A stretch of DNA of 63,221 nucleotides, filler included, from Cercozoa sp. M6MM (Eukaryota > Protista > Endomyxa: Ascetosporea): assembly GCA_040357565.1 (NCBI GenBank). It is 8 parts of 8 records of this genome, joined end to end, with 100 filler letters (N's around TTAATTAATTAA, not from the genome) between each part and the next. Parts side by side here need not be neighbours in the genome. Positions count along the whole stretch, not along the records: positions 45,364 to 60,835 come from JBDODJ010000305.1; positions 60,936 to 63,221 come from JBDODJ010001803.1; 6 more parts are not named here. One strand, given 5' to 3'. Both the position numbers and the translations under genes were made by a program. The number at the start of each line of letters is the position of its first letter. Position 1 is the stretch's first letter. The notes below the pieces were generated by a model. The model was not told where the DNA came from and made no database searches. It was given only the letters and a program-made list of their open reading frames with translations. Positions 49,974 through 63,221 of this stretch are shown piece after piece.

Positions 49974-52900
49974 TCACAGAGGGCGCGGCCGTTTGCTCTC
50001 GTGGTTGGAGTCGCTAATGCCGGTTTGCGGAGACACCCGAGGCAACTGCACGCGAGCGGCCTGTCGCTGCTTCGAACCTGTCGGAAGCTGCCGGTCGATG
50101 CGCTCGCGTGCGGCGCGGCGCTGCTCCAGGAAGCGCTGTTCGGCGATGCGACGTCGCTCGCTAAGTGACATGACTTTGAGTTTTTGCTTCTCGAGTTTCT
50201 TCCTCTCGCTGGCCACTGTTGCCGCTTTACGACTGCGCACACAAATACACACCGAGCGCAGTTTATCGCGATTGAACCCTTAGTGTAAGTGTCACATGTG
50301 TAACTGCTTGTCGTGTACCAGTTGCGCACGAAGCGATCGACGATATCGAGGCCGCCTCGACGCGCGGCGTGTCGCCACACGTTCAGCCAGTCCGAGAAAC
50401 CCACTCGAAAGTTCTCCTCCAGCTTTTCCGACTTGATACGCGCAAGTGTTGCCAAGCTTGCTGGTGGTGGCACCGTAGGTGTTGCTGTGGATTGAAAGGA
50501 ACAAGCTGCTGTTGAGTACAGATCCCCAACAGAAGTCAATTTAGTGTACACTGAGTTTGATTCGTCAACTGCATGGCACTCTGCATGAACTCGAGTGCGT
50601 CCTTGCGCGCTCGTTCACAGAGCACCGCTCTGTCACTTACGTTGCGCAGTGTGTCCGCTAGATACAGGTTGAACTCCATGGCATCGCTCACGAAGATGAA
50701 GTCGAGAGGCTGGTTCGGCCGCTTGAGCTCCTTGCTTCTGCGGCGACCGCGACGAATCTTGTCAAACACGCGGCGCAGTTCAATCTCTCTCTTGACGCCA
50801 CCCCTGCTTGACACCAACACTTCTTGTTGCAGATTTCAACTGGGCTGAAGAAGTGCGGAAGAAAGGAACCCACAGTGCTGTGTGGAGACTTCCTCGATTC
50901 GCGAGGAACTGTTTGAACGAACACTGCCTCGCTTCTGCTCGTCCATAAATTAAAAAACGCAACCGTTGGCCAGAGCAATCGCAGTCTAAACCGAGTGGTG
51001 GGGAAAAGAGATCTACCAGAAGTGACGTGGGCGTAGTCCTTGAGGAACTTGAACGCGATGCTTAACCCGTGTTGTTTGATGGCACTTCTCCACGCGGACA
51101 GCCACTTTCAGAAAAGTGTCTCAGAAATACCAATTAGTTCTGGGTCATTTATCTGTAGCTTCTGTTACGAGTTTGCGCGTGATCTTTTCGGACGTTGGCA
51201 AGCCAACGATGCGGAACAGCTCATTGGCATCGGCGAGAGCCTCCGACATTGTGATACCCGCCAGGTATTCTGAACTCAACGATATGTGGACAGAAGTACG
51301 AGCGGTTTCTCAACGTGAATACCATTAAACTGAGCGGCACGTTGCACGGACACTTTTTCACCTTTCTTGCTGCTCCTGGCCATAACGCGGAAGATCGCTT
51401 CCAGTCCTTCGCCTGTTCTCCAGTGCAGTCAAAACAATCCAGTACACATGCAACGCCAGTCGGTAGAAAAGCATATGCACAGTGTACCAATCGTTCCTGA
51501 TTGCTGTCGCATGCGACTGCGTTTGCTTGCTGTGGCTTCGGGGGCCAATACGGCCGCCGCAAGTTTGGTGCGATGTGCGAGTGCGTCGTCGCTGCTCACG
51601 ACCGAGATCTGTTCCGAGTCCACCTCACTGCTGGCAGCGTCCTCGATGTCACTCGTGTCATGCTGTGGATGCGACTTCCTCAGCATAGCGAGATCACGTG
51701 CAGCCTCCTCATCGAACGAACTCCGTGGACTCGTGACAGGTGCACTGAAGGAGCCGGCTTTGCGCGACAGAGAGAACTGCACCTCGGTCACAAAGTCGTC
51801 GTCGCTTTCGTCGCCCAGCTGACTGCACGAACGTGAGCGTGTGCGGCGGAACGTAGACATCACAGGCTCGGTCAGGTGGTGTTTCGCCTGGGCCGGCGAC
51901 AGCACGACTCCTTTCATACTGAGGATGGAGTCGCGTGCCTCCTCGGCAGGGTTGATCTGCATCACCGAGTGAACACTCGTGCTGCGTCTGGTCACTGCGG
52001 GTGCCATCTGCGCCTCCGAAAAACACCGTTCGTTCCGTACGACTCGAGAGATACTCTCTTCGTCGGAGAAGTCGTGCTCTCTAAGATAAATGCACTGTTA
52101 TACTCGCACTGCACATAGGAAAGTATCGGACCTGGCGTCTTGTTCCGCTTCAGTCACCAGGAACTCGCGCAGCTGCAGTAGAGTATAGGCCATCGAATCG
52201 ACGTTGAGCTGCTCTTCTTTCGACTTTGACACCGACTCAGAAGGAGAAGGAACACCTAGAGACTGAAGAGATGCGTCTTGCTCATTGTCCGGTATCGAGT
52301 CTGCCGCACCATCGGAGAACAAAGCGAACGTGAAGTCCAGAGCTTCTTCGACTTCCTTTCCCAGCTGCCTTCGCTCCGACGGCGTCATGTTTCTAAGCAG
52401 AGTTTCCCACGAAGTAGTGTCGTCAATGTCTGTTCTTTCGCTGACCTTTTCGTCGGTCGCAGCACGAGTTTTGTCTTCGGGGAGACAGGGAGATCGCTCT
52501 GAGCCACGCATAAACTTGCCGAACATTTTCATAAAACCTACCAGACAAAACTAGCCCAATGTTTCAATGACATTCCTCAGTTTACAAAGCAATAGCATAC
52601 TCCAGACAGTACCAGTTGTGGTCTTTGATGGACTATCGAGCATTAAGCGAGCAGAGGAGAGATTGGCGTCGCCTTTGAGGCGTCGTTTCTGCACCTCGAG
52701 AAGCTGCTCGCTGCTCGCAAAGTGTTTCGGCGGTGCTGCGTAGCTTACCTGCGAGACACCCGACACAGAGACCGTAAAGGATGCCGAGGATTGCGAATCC
52801 AGTCGCGACAACGAGGCTGACTCCGACAGAGTGTTTCGCAGAATGCGTCCCTCCAATGCGGAACTCTCGTGTATCTGACGGCCTATGAATGAATCCAAAC

Positions 52901-54600
52901 ATGTCAACAACATCGAACATACTTCGCACTGCAAGGAGGATGTTTTAACGAACCAACAAAATTCGCAGATTCTCGTCGCGTCGCAGAGGCTTGCTGCCAG
53001 CCGTATTCGTCGTCGTCGTCCGAGGAGACACGAGGCAGCTTTGCGATACTCCTTTCGGACACATGAGGTTTCAACGAGTGCGCCAAGAAGATGTCTTGAG
53101 CAGATTCGACGGAAGGCGACAGGTCGTCGGATAGCTTCGATGCGGATCGAGAGTGTGTTTTGAGACGTGGTCGACCTGGGAAGAAATGATGAGGCGTCTT
53201 GTCGGACGACCCCGACCCGGAACCCTTCTGACTCGTCGGAGCCGACCAGTGCGAGATCGCTGGTGGTGGCACAGTGACGAGTGAGTCTCGATGAATACCG
53301 TCGACAGAGGATCCGCCAGTTTCTTCTTTCGACAGCACCGGTATCGCAGCACGATGGCGGCTCAACTCAGAGGCACTTTGGGCACGGCGTAGTCCTCTCA
53401 CACCGTGAGTACCTTCATGCTGAGGTTCAGTGAATCCATTGACTCTTCTACCCAGGGTTCCTGAGGTTCCATGGACGCGATTATCACCCTTTTCTCGCGT
53501 TCTTTCATCTCCCTCGACGTTCGTGATGTCTCGAAAAGTGACGTACTGCGAATGAGTTTCTGGCCTGTGCGGTCCCTGGGTCGATGGTACCTGTACGTAG
53601 AATCTGTTCGTTCGCGTGACTTGACCCTGGTACGGAGGTCCCACGAGAGACGACAGCTTTTCGAACGCGCGCTTTGCCTTCTTCGCGAGCTCCAATGTGG
53701 GCGAAATCGCAGGTTTGCGCGGCGAGGCGCCTGGAGGAAGGAGTCGGGGCCTGTACGCCACTGGACGTTCTGTTCAAATAATGGTGAAGTAGCACACAGA
53801 CAGAACAAGCGGAACTGAAAGGCAACAATACCAGGCATCCATGCTTCGCAAGTAGCGTATCGCAGTCGGAGATCCTTTGGCTTCTTTTTGGCACCACGCT
53901 GTCGTCGCTTTCGTTTGTTGCTTCGAATTCGTCGCTTGCGGCGTTTTTGAAGCTCCAGCGCCACTACGAGCATCGTATCGAGCACTGATCACTAGACCCT
54001 AAAATCTCTATTGCGTCTCGGTCTAAAAGGCAGTTTTGGAGGCGCGCGACAGTTTGATCTGCTCCCAGCGTTTCTCCGATTCCTGTCGCCAATACCTTCA
54101 GTTTCCCTCATGAATCTGCGACGCAGCGTTTAGAAGCGCACCCAAGCTTAAAATTCCTTAGTGCAATCAAACCGATGAGCTGTACAACGTGCTTGAGCTA
54201 GTAGCGTAGGACCTGGCTCCGCTCTCGTTTGCGTCCCAGGTTCCAGTTGTTCGTTCAGCTATTCTGCGTATCACTGCTGTCAGAGGTAGAAGTAAAACGC
54301 AGTGACGATTAAGACCCAGGCGCGGAGTAGACCGCTTACATGAACTCCAGTTCCTGCATAGCACAAACGAAATTCAATTTAGAAGCAGGAAACTTGAGTG
54401 GTATTTTGGTTTTCGGTAAACCGAGTGAACCGTACCTTCATCCGGCTGGTCGCCTTGTGCCTCGCCTTCTGGTACCTCTCCGACGACCTGATCGGGAACC
54501 TTAAAGTCATAAAAACCTTCGTGCGGCTCCCACTCGACTTGTTGGCCAGGCGGTCCGCACGCACTAGAAGTTGCTCATCGATACAAAGTGGTTGAATAAC
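49974..54600 (-). CDS. Large Ser-rich hypothetical protein; 5' limit approximate
   Basis: Chain of long minus-strand ORFs separated by short introns. Confidence 0.5.
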
Positions 54601-54741
54601 AATAACTGATATCCTTNNNNNNNNNNGGTTGAATAACAATATAAATTTGTACTGTATATACTACTATATACATAATAGATATGTATCAGTTTAAATATAT
54701 ATATATATATAAAACTTATATAAACTTATATAACATAAAAC

Positions 54742-57492
54742 TCACAGATCCGCGATGAAATCGACGTTGCAGATATCTCCAATCGTCTGAGAGGTGCCCA
54801 CGCATTCAATGAGAAACCTAGCGTCACAAACAACAGACATATCAATTTATCTCAGTGCAGGACATGAACAAGAAAGACCCAGCTCGAGAAGAAAATAAAC
54901 TACATGAGCCTGTTGGTATTGCTTTCCAGGTATTTGGTCTCGCGTGCTTCTTGGCATGGAACACCGCCTTCAGCCGCAACTTCGACTGGCGAAACTTCTA
55001 GCTCATACCCCGGGAAGAAAGAAGCGGTAGCCATAACACCTGAGGAACAGTTATGCCCGCCCTCTTCTAGCGAGCACACGTAGCCTCTCTGCAAGCATCC
55101 ATTACCACGGCATTTTCTTTAACTCACACAGATCTATGGCGCATACCAAAGCCGGCCTGAACTGACGTTCCTGCAAAGCGAATCCTCCAATGTACGCTGT
55201 CTGGCCTTGCGGACATTCATAGGTGTAGTTGAAGGAAGAGCCTCTGTATATTCGGACTGTTCCGTAACCGTAGACCGTGGACTCGCTACACCACGAGCAC
55301 TGGCACTCTTCGTTCATGCTAAATTTACAGTATGCGTTTGCACAATTTTTCCGCTTCAATTTACTCACCGAGGTCTATCGGGAAGCCTGGTCAGAGATTT
55401 TGCGGGAGCGGCTGTTGCATTCGTGCCGAGAAGCTTGTCGATAGTTCCTGGTAATTTCAATCGAACATAAATTTAAACTTACAATGTGTGAACTAATTTA
55501 TAATGAGCCACTCAACCAATTAAAATGCTTGGTACTGAAGTTTACCCAGTCTAGGATGGATGTAGTCGTTTCGAGCCACGTCAAAGAGGTACCGAACGAC
55601 ATGATGACTGCTTGAGAATGCTGTGCCGTATCGCTCGATGACTTGCGCGGCAACGCCTGACACATGTGGTGTTGCCATGGAGGTTCCACTCATAGTCACT
55701 CCTGTCGTTGAATCGTCTAGGTTGCTCAGGGACACAATGCGACTAGACATTGTATCCGCAATCACAATTGGTACTGATAAGGAGTGGCACTGTTTTGATG
55801 CACCTTCCTGGGGCCAAAATGTCGACGCATTGGCCAAAATTCGAGAACCAACTGAGCCAGTCTTCATCATTTGTCGAACCGACTGAAAGAAGTGGGTGTT
55901 AGGTGAGTAATTTACTAGGAGCGAAGAAGAAATCGAATGATACCTGTTAGAACCTGTGGACTCGAGCCAGGACTCGACAAGCAAGTGTCTGCTTCGTCAT
56001 TTCCTAAATAAGATTACATAATTTACTGTGATGAGAATTGTGCTAGCATATGCCCACAAAACGAAAGGATGAGTCGATATACCAGCCGCTACAATAGGAA
56101 CGACACCGTAATCCATAACAGCTTCTACGGCATTGTTCATGACCTCGCTATACTGTCCTCCCAGGGACAGGTTCAAAACACTCAGGTGCAAACCGCGTGC
56201 GATAGCGTCGGCCACGATCCACTGCATCGCGAGTATCGTGTTCATTGAAGTGGCCGAGCCGTTGCACTCGAGAACTTTGATGCCAACTATTGTTGCTCGC
56301 TGTGAACAATCATGACATAGGTCAGTTGATATGATGAGATCCCGAAACAAGAACCCAGACAAGTGGATACTGTACCTTCGCAACGCCGTAGGTATGTGAA
56401 GCAACTGTTCCGGCGACATGCGTACCGTGCTACAACAGTAAAATACTCCCCCAGAACACCAGTGTGTTTCAAAGCAGAGAACTTACTCCATTGCAGTCGG
56501 TGCCGCACCCTTCACACTCTGGATTTCCGGGAGTGTACTGAGCTCCGCCGCAAAAGCAAGTGCCGTGCTCTGCACGTCCCTCAAAGTCAGGGTGCGAGAC
56601 GTAAACGCCAGTGTCCACCACATACACGACGACTCCGTCTCCTGTGTGCTCGTAAGTGTACTCCCCGGTCAAGGAGTCACTATCGAGTCGATCCAGTCCT
56701 GCCAGTGGGTACATAGCAGCACTGCTGTAGAAAAGCACAGAACTAAACAACATTCGAAGAGAAAACAACGTACCCCAAGAACACTTATCCGACGGACCAC
56801 ATTGCTGAGTTGTTGACTGCGCAATTTTGAACGACTTTACGCCTTCAGCAGTCTTCACTGCACGAAGTTGCCTTTTTTGAGAAGTGAACCAGTGAGGTCT
56901 ATTTCACTATCGGTAGATTTCCGGTACCAGCAGGATGACTTCGAATCGCGTCAATGACGAATTGAATCGGATCGACTTCGACCATTGCTCCAAAGAACGA
57001 CGATCCGATCGCAAACGCCTGTTTCATGACAAGATGCACTAAGGGAATCATTGTGCGCGAAGCAAGTTCGTAAATTACATTGTCGGTGACGATGGATTCG
57101 TTGCGAACGTACGTCCCAAGCGTAATATTCACAAAATCCACGACTACCTCTGCACATGGCACAGCACAGTATCGGGATGGAGAACACAGCAACCTAGCGG
57201 AATATAAACCCCTCCACTTCAACAACGGTGTGCTTGCTCGCTCGGAAAGTGAGATATTGCTCTGATTCCATATCGCTTCGGGGTGAAATTCGAGCAGTAG
57301 CTGTCTGAAAGGTAAAAAATTATAACATCGTACCCAAAAACTTTATCCTGCTGCAATGAAGTACCTTTCATCGATCTCCGCATCGGGAACACTCAAACTG
57401 AGTGGTGTATCATCCCAATCAGGAATGACTTTCGCCGATGCCAGAGACACCAGTGCCTGTGCAACGACGATCAAGCCCACTGGAAGTGCCAT
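54742..57492 (-). CDS. Secreted subtilisin-like serine protease (S8A, proteinase K-like) with Cys-rich C-terminal extension
   Basis: Signal peptide; catalytic motifs [31 protein letters not shown]; NLSLGG. Confidence 0.95.
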
Positions 57493-57936
57493 TTGGCGTG
57501 CGTCTTATTGTCTGCATTTGACCGCACTAACTGTCGAACAAGTCAGTCAACTTTCTTCCGCATGGAAGGCAAAGCGACTGAACAAAAAAAGACGAGACGC
57601 AGTTTTTGAGTGGCTGCCATGAGTTGTGATTGCAATATGCGTAGGTTATTACGTATTAATAGTACCCACCTTCATAGTAGATTGATCAAAAGACGGGACG
57701 GGTGCGGCGACGAACGCAACTCAACGCAGGCCGAGGACGTCACCCCGCACGTGACCTATTTGTTTAGCGTAAGTTACCGTGACGTAGCTACGCTACGCTA
57801 GTATCAACTATCTACTATCTCTATTCACATATGCGAAGCGACGCGAAGCACGCTCGGTGCAAGAGCAGACCGACGACACAACACGATTGATATCGATGTC
57901 GACGGACTACACGACGGACGCGGGAACTGGCGGACG

Positions 57937-58650
57937 TTAGATCGGCTTGATCTTGAAATGCATGGCGATCAGCGCGAACACAAAGCAGCGCAGGTCTTGC
58001 ACGAGGAAGTAAAAGTCCTTGAGGCCCTGTGTGGTACAGTCACACGGTGCATATACATCTATCCACAGCGGGACAGGAAGAGCGTACCTCCGGGTCGTCG
58101 CTCTTCTCGACCTCGGCCAGCGCGCCGATCTTAGACGTCACGAAGGAGATGTGCTCCTTGCCGATCACGACCTCAATCTCCTGTCTGCCGACCTCATTCT
58201 GCGCACACAGATACACAAAAGCAAGTCAAGAAAGAGACACACAGGCACAGAGAGAAAACGAAGGCACCGGCTCGGGCCACTTGGAGTCGTCCTGCTCGAT
58301 GATTTTTGACTCTTCCACAATGCGCTTGAACTCAGCCACCACCGCATCCGACAGGTGCACCTGCTTGCGGATCATGCGAGCGCCCTTGTAGTGCTACTCA
58401 ACACACAAAATCCATATTTATCCGGATCCTAATCCGATCCAGTCAGACACCCAAGTTTACCGAGTTGTTGGCATAACGCAGCATGCCGTTGGGTCGCACC
58501 TCAAACTCGAGGAACTCATGGCCAACCTCGCGACTCTTGTGGCCCGTGCTGCGAGTTACAGGCAGCAAGTTCAACTGTGACCTCGAGAAACGCAAAGCAA
58601 ACAACAAAAACAAAAACTTACTAGTATCGAATGTAGAACTCCTCCTCCAT
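57937..58650 (-). CDS. MAGO: Mago nashi (exon junction complex core)
   Basis: [63 protein letters not shown]. Confidence 0.97.
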
Positions 58651-58872
58651 TTTGCCGTCGCTTGCTACAGAAAACGCCTACACTGTGCGTATCACTATGC
58701 CTGCGCTGAGCCACTGTATGCGACAAGCTGCGTCGTCCCCTAACCAAGCTCCCTGAGCTTTGGCTTGTGTGGTCCGTGTGGACAACGCTGTGAGCCCATA
58801 GGACACAAAAGGACCGCTGCACACGCTCCTGCTTTCGTGCGACTTTAGACAATTTTGTGTGCTTTTCGAGGC

Positions 58873-60835
58873 ATGCTGCGTTTTTTAGTGCTAGTGGTGT
58901 TGTTTTCGACGCCAATAGAAAGCACTACGTCGGTTCTCCATCAATTCCTTGTTTTTGTTGATTATTGCTTGTTTGAAAGCAGTGTCCACTGCGACACAAC
59001 GACGACACTAAACGTCCGAAGTTGCGCTTCCAGTTCGTGTGATGTCGTGCAGCAACTTTCTCGGCAGGTGCCTGTAACTCAGAGTAAGCACGTGGAGGAA
59101 ATAGATCTATCAATCCTGACCCTTGCAGAGGTGCGCCGGTGCAGATGAACGGCCTTGCTGACGGTGCCTGGGTCGGAGTCAGTGTTTCCAGTGGCGACAA
59201 TTGGGTTCATTCTGACTACTTGACAAACTGCAGGGTATGTCTGAGTCGTAAACATTCCAAATGGGGCGCTGTGATTGTACTGATTTCTAGTCCACAAAAA
59301 ACCAAGATAATGGTGACACGGCTAACGAAATCTACTTGGCACCCGCGTCGTTTGGTATGCCTTCCCTCCGAAATGCTCCTTATGGGATAGTTTAATTTCT
59401 TTAGGTACCGTTTACGGCAGCTGTCAAACGCCGGTTCAGGTTTGCTCTGTTGTATGAAGCTTCCGCGGTTCTATCAAATATTTACTAAAAGAAAAACACG
59501 ACTTGTTTTTGACACAGGGCCTGTCAGGACAATGTCGACAGATGAACGAATGCACCGGTGTGTGTGCGTGTGTATTTGTGTATGTTTGTATTTCAGTATG
59601 TGTCTCATCGGTTCGAACTGTTGGTTGAAGGAGCAACTTTCAACAAGCTGTGTCCTGGACTTCCGAGTTCTGTGAGTCTCTCTCGTCGTGTGTTTCATGA
59701 GCGTCGTATCTGACTGATACTCAGGTTCTGTGTTGTGTGGACGAAACGAGGCCTGTGCGTCGCGCACCAGCCAGTGTTCTGTAGCCTCAGTCTTTGATTA
59801 AGCGCACCGCATCCATCGTTACAGACACCCCGTGTGTTTGTAAATTTAACAGAACAAAGGAGCAATTCGGCACACTGATGGAAGGCATTTCAGACGATCG
59901 TTTGGTTTCCGAAACGCTATGTGTCATTTCGTTGTGTTTTGCTTGATATTGCAATCCACAGACCGTGTATCACGAGTACTTCAGCAGTGCGATGCTGCAG
60001 CTACTACAAGATGGCAGTCCGTCGGAGAAGGAGGCGTGCTACCGTATCGCTGCCTTCACTGGACAAATTGGCCACGAAAGTGGCGGCCTACGCTACATGG
60101 AGGAGCTTGCTTCAGGCAGCGCCTACGAGGGACGGGTGAACTGCAGTATATATATATATATATATATATATAATGATGAATAGTTATAAATACATACAAT
60201 GCAGGAAGATCTCGGCAACACGCAGCCAGGCGATGGCACGCGCTTCAAGGGTCGAGGTCTGATCCAACTGTACGTTGACATTGGCAGTTGCTTGGCTTTT
60301 CTTCGCTGTCTTAATCGATACACCTGTGTTTTCTAGAACGGGTCGAAGCAACTACGATGCCTTCCATATGGTTGACACTCCCGAGCGCTTGTGTTTCCCG
60401 AGCGACGGCTTGCGTGCCGCCACGTGGTTCTGGATGCGTCGTGGACTCAACGAGTACGTCCAATCTCCAGATCTCTCTTGGTATCGGTCTTTATGGAACT
60501 GAACGACACAGGTACGCCAGCACGGGCAAACAGGACGACTACGACACCATCACGAGGCGCATCAATGGCGGCACCAACGGCAGCGCCGATCGCAACGAGC
60601 GGTGGCAGAAGGCGCTGACACTCCTCGACTGCGCCAATCGGGTAAGGTTCAGTTCTGCTGGTGCTCGCACTACTATTACATTGTGCACATAGTCCGACGC
60701 ACCGTGGGGCGCAAACGACGATCCTGGTCGACCCAACGCAGCTACTGCCTCCCAGCACGACCTTAGAGTTTCAGCAGTAATGCGGCTAGTTTTTTCTTTT
60801 TGTTCCAGTTTTCATCGTTTCAGAAGTTTGGTGTT
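58873..60835 (+). CDS. Secreted SH3b + Cys-rich module + GH19 (endolysin-type) hydrolase; C-terminal limit uncertain
   Basis: Signal peptide; TTLNVRSCASSSCDVV...WVGV...[77 protein letters not shown]. Confidence 0.92.
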
Positions 60836-60935
60836 NNNNNNNNNNNNNNNNNNNNNNNNNNNNNNNNNNNNNNNNNNNNTTAATTAATTAANNNNNNNNN
60901 NNNNNNNNNNNNNNNNNNNNNNNNNNNNNNNNNNN

Positions 60936-61007
<72 letters not shown>

Positions 61008-61039
61008 TATATATACACAAACAGATATAGATAGGAGGC

Positions 61040-61632
61040 TGTCGTACGGAGTAACAGCAGCGACAGGCGGTGGGGCCGCAGCGGCAGGAGGCGGCGCAGA
61101 CGGCGGCGCAGTCTCCGAGGCAGCAGCAGTCGATGTAACGGGTGGTGTCACCTCCTTCTTCGACGACGCTTTTCGCCTCGTTTTCTTCGATGCTGCTGTC
61201 GCTTCCTCATTGTCATTGCTGTTGTTGTCATTGTTGTTGTTGATTTCATTGTCGTCGTTGTCTTCGTCTGACTCTGACAGCGGCACCTGTGCGACAGAGT
61301 GAATACAGAGACACCAAGAGAAGAAAGGGTAGAACAGGAAAAGGTACTTCCTCCAGAGGGTCCAGCCATGGCACCGATCGCAGCTTCGACTCGAACAAGG
61401 TCAGCATGAGGTCCACTCTCTGCACGCACATGTCCAGATATCAACAAGAAGAAACAACAAGTAAAAACAACAAGAGGAATAAGAAAACAACAACAAGCAC
61501 CTCGATGGTGTCGGCGATGTGCTCGAGTCGCTCCTCGCACTGCAGCGCGAACTTGTTCACAAAGGCGGCGATGCTGGCCACGAACTGATTCGTCATCGCC
61601 AGTCTGCGCAGTGTGTTCGAGTCAGAATCCAT
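61040..61632 (-). CDS. WASHC3: WASH complex subunit 3 (CCDC53), 3' truncated
   Basis: RLAMTNQFVASIAAFVNKFALQCEERL...LTLFESKLRSVPWL. Confidence 0.88.
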
Positions 61633-61975
61633 GGTGAAGCAACCAAACAAAGAAAGAAAACGTTTGTCGCTGCGGCATTGCGTCCAGCGCGCTCAGGTCG
61701 ATCTTGCCTGGGCAGGCATGATGTCGTGCAAACAACAAATCGCACAATATTCGTGAAGTGCTACCTCGACGAGGCGGCGAAATACTGTCCATCTAAGCTA
61801 ATATGCAGCAGCGGCACGCACGGACAGTAATTAACACGCTTTCTTGGCTCTGTAGTGCAAGTCTGGTCATACTTAAAGGGGCAAATTATAATACTGACCT
61901 TCAGCCTTAGACGCAGCAGGGTGGCCCAGCCGTGTGTTCGTTTTACCGTGGTGATCGTGGCGTTTCTCTCTAGGG

Positions 61976-62886
61976 ATGCCATTCGAGTCGCTGACAGTAG
62001 ATGAGGGCGCGAGCAACGAAGAGCGGTGCAGCGAGTGGCGTCGACTGCTCGATGCCGCCGCCGGTGAGGACAGCGAGCACTCGCTCGAGCACACTCTGCG
62101 TCACGCCACGCTCGATCTCTACCACCGAGAGGTGCGTTTCTTTCAGAAAGAGAGAGTGTACAACTATCCTTACTTGTTCGGTGGTGTAGTTGAAAGTGCC
62201 CGAGGTCCGTGACGTTTTCGAAGCGACCGACGCCGAAATTCTCGTCGATGTTCTCGAGGTACTTTTTCCGTACTCACTCTCTTTGCTTCAAGGCTATTTC
62301 AAGTTTCGCTTTGCTCGAAGTTAAGTTTCGAAATTTCTGCTTTGCTTCAAAGCTAATTCGAAATTTCTGCTTTGCTTCAAAGCTAATTTCGAAATTACTG
62401 CTTTGCTTCATAGCTACTTGTTTGTGTGAAACAGATGGTGCAGCACGAGGCGAAGGAGAAAGAGCAGTTCGCCAAGTTCGCCAAGACACTGGCCAAGTGC
62501 GGTGTGCTTCGCAAGGAGGTACACTGTCCTGGACATACTTGGTGTGTGGTCTGAATGGACGGTATGTATGGACGGGATGATTGGACTGAATGATTGGACT
62601 GAATGGATGGACGCAGACACTGACGGCGGTGGCATCGGACGGTCTCTACGCACTCTGTTTCGACGGCAGACAACTCAAGAGTGTCATGGCCAAGAAACGC
62701 GCCCAGATGTAGGGTCTGCTTTAGCTGGGAATCTGGGACTGGACTGGGACTGGACTAGACTGGTACTGAACTGGACTGGGAATGGACTTGATTGTAGCCA
62801 CTACCGACAACGCAAGTACAACGTGTTCGCCGAGCAGAACGAGGTGTCACATCCTATCTGTTCATGTCTATGTATATGTATATACA

Positions 62887-62917
<31 letters not shown>

Positions 62918-63221
62918 TATGGCATGGCAACAGGGCTACGCGCGTCTGTTGTCGGACGCAGTGTCGCAGGTCTTCCAGGTACCTGCCTCTGTACCCCTCT
63001 TGCTTCCCTCTACTTCTACCTTACCCACCCCTACCTTTACCCCCTTACCCCCCCCCCCCCTGTCGGGCGAACTGACGAGCGAAAGTGGCCGCAAATTGGC
63101 GCAGCAAACGCAGCAGATCGTACCCTGCTTTTACCCCCTACCCCCTTACCCCCTTATCCCCTACCCCGTTTATCCCCTACTTATCCCCTACCCCCTTTAT
63201 CCCCCCTACCCCTTTATCCCC
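61976..63221 (+). CDS. THOC2: THO complex subunit 2, 5' part
   Basis: HYRQRKYNVFAEQNEGYARLL parallels the Tho2 signature YxQxKFNLLREExEGYxKL. Confidence 0.72.
62280..62416 (+). repeat. Intronic ~30-bp tandem repeat GCTTTGCTTCAAAGCTAATTCGAAATTTCT
   Basis: Directly visible in THOC2 intron 2. Confidence 0.85.

Noticed and set aside
59060-59295. Two GH19-gene junctions that seem to need one extra G (novel intron class or editing)
   Set aside because: Canonical alternative GT/AG sites restore the frame, and no systematic offset appears in MDP1, BDP1, mago or most of RPB2.
63055-63110. Apparent TG acceptor in THOC2
   Set aside because: It follows a long C homopolymer (possible base loss), and an in-frame CAG lies about 40 nt downstream.

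Overview
Intron-dense, gene-dense nuclear DNA of a unicellular eukaryote (standard code; I cannot name the taxon from sequence). The window is a concatenation of about nine unrelated contigs joined by artificial TTAATTAATTAA linkers, usually N-padded, so gene order across linkers means nothing. Gene models were spliced by eye and the six-frame ORF track is mostly uninformative. Recognisable genes: HBS1-like GTPase, TIM9, SFT2, MDP-1, two glycosyltransferases (one GT60), RPB2, TAF10-like, BDP1, NSF-like, Tim21-like, RPN2, a divergent intronless H4/H3 pair, a minimal bacterial/viral-type ATP-dependent DNA ligase, an LMW phosphatase with the YwlE arginine-phosphatase signature, a subtilisin, mago nashi, a secreted SH3b + Cys-module + endolysin-type GH19 protein, WASHC3 and THOC2. 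Most notable observations: (1) a class of GT-AG introns filled with a small recurring vocabulary of simple repeats (TTTAC(C)n, GTGGCTACA, TTTGGACC, TTGAGT/GCTTTGCTT, often ~12-bp units), mostly C-rich on the sense strand and increasing 5' to 3' along genes, with almost no donor consensus beyond GT; (2) a histone regulatory system made of a shared three-block upstream cassette and a non-canonical 3' stem-loop (GGTGTC-Y5-GACACC); (3) three intron-containing genes of prokaryote/phage-like families (GH19 lysin, candidate pArg phosphatase, minimal ligase).
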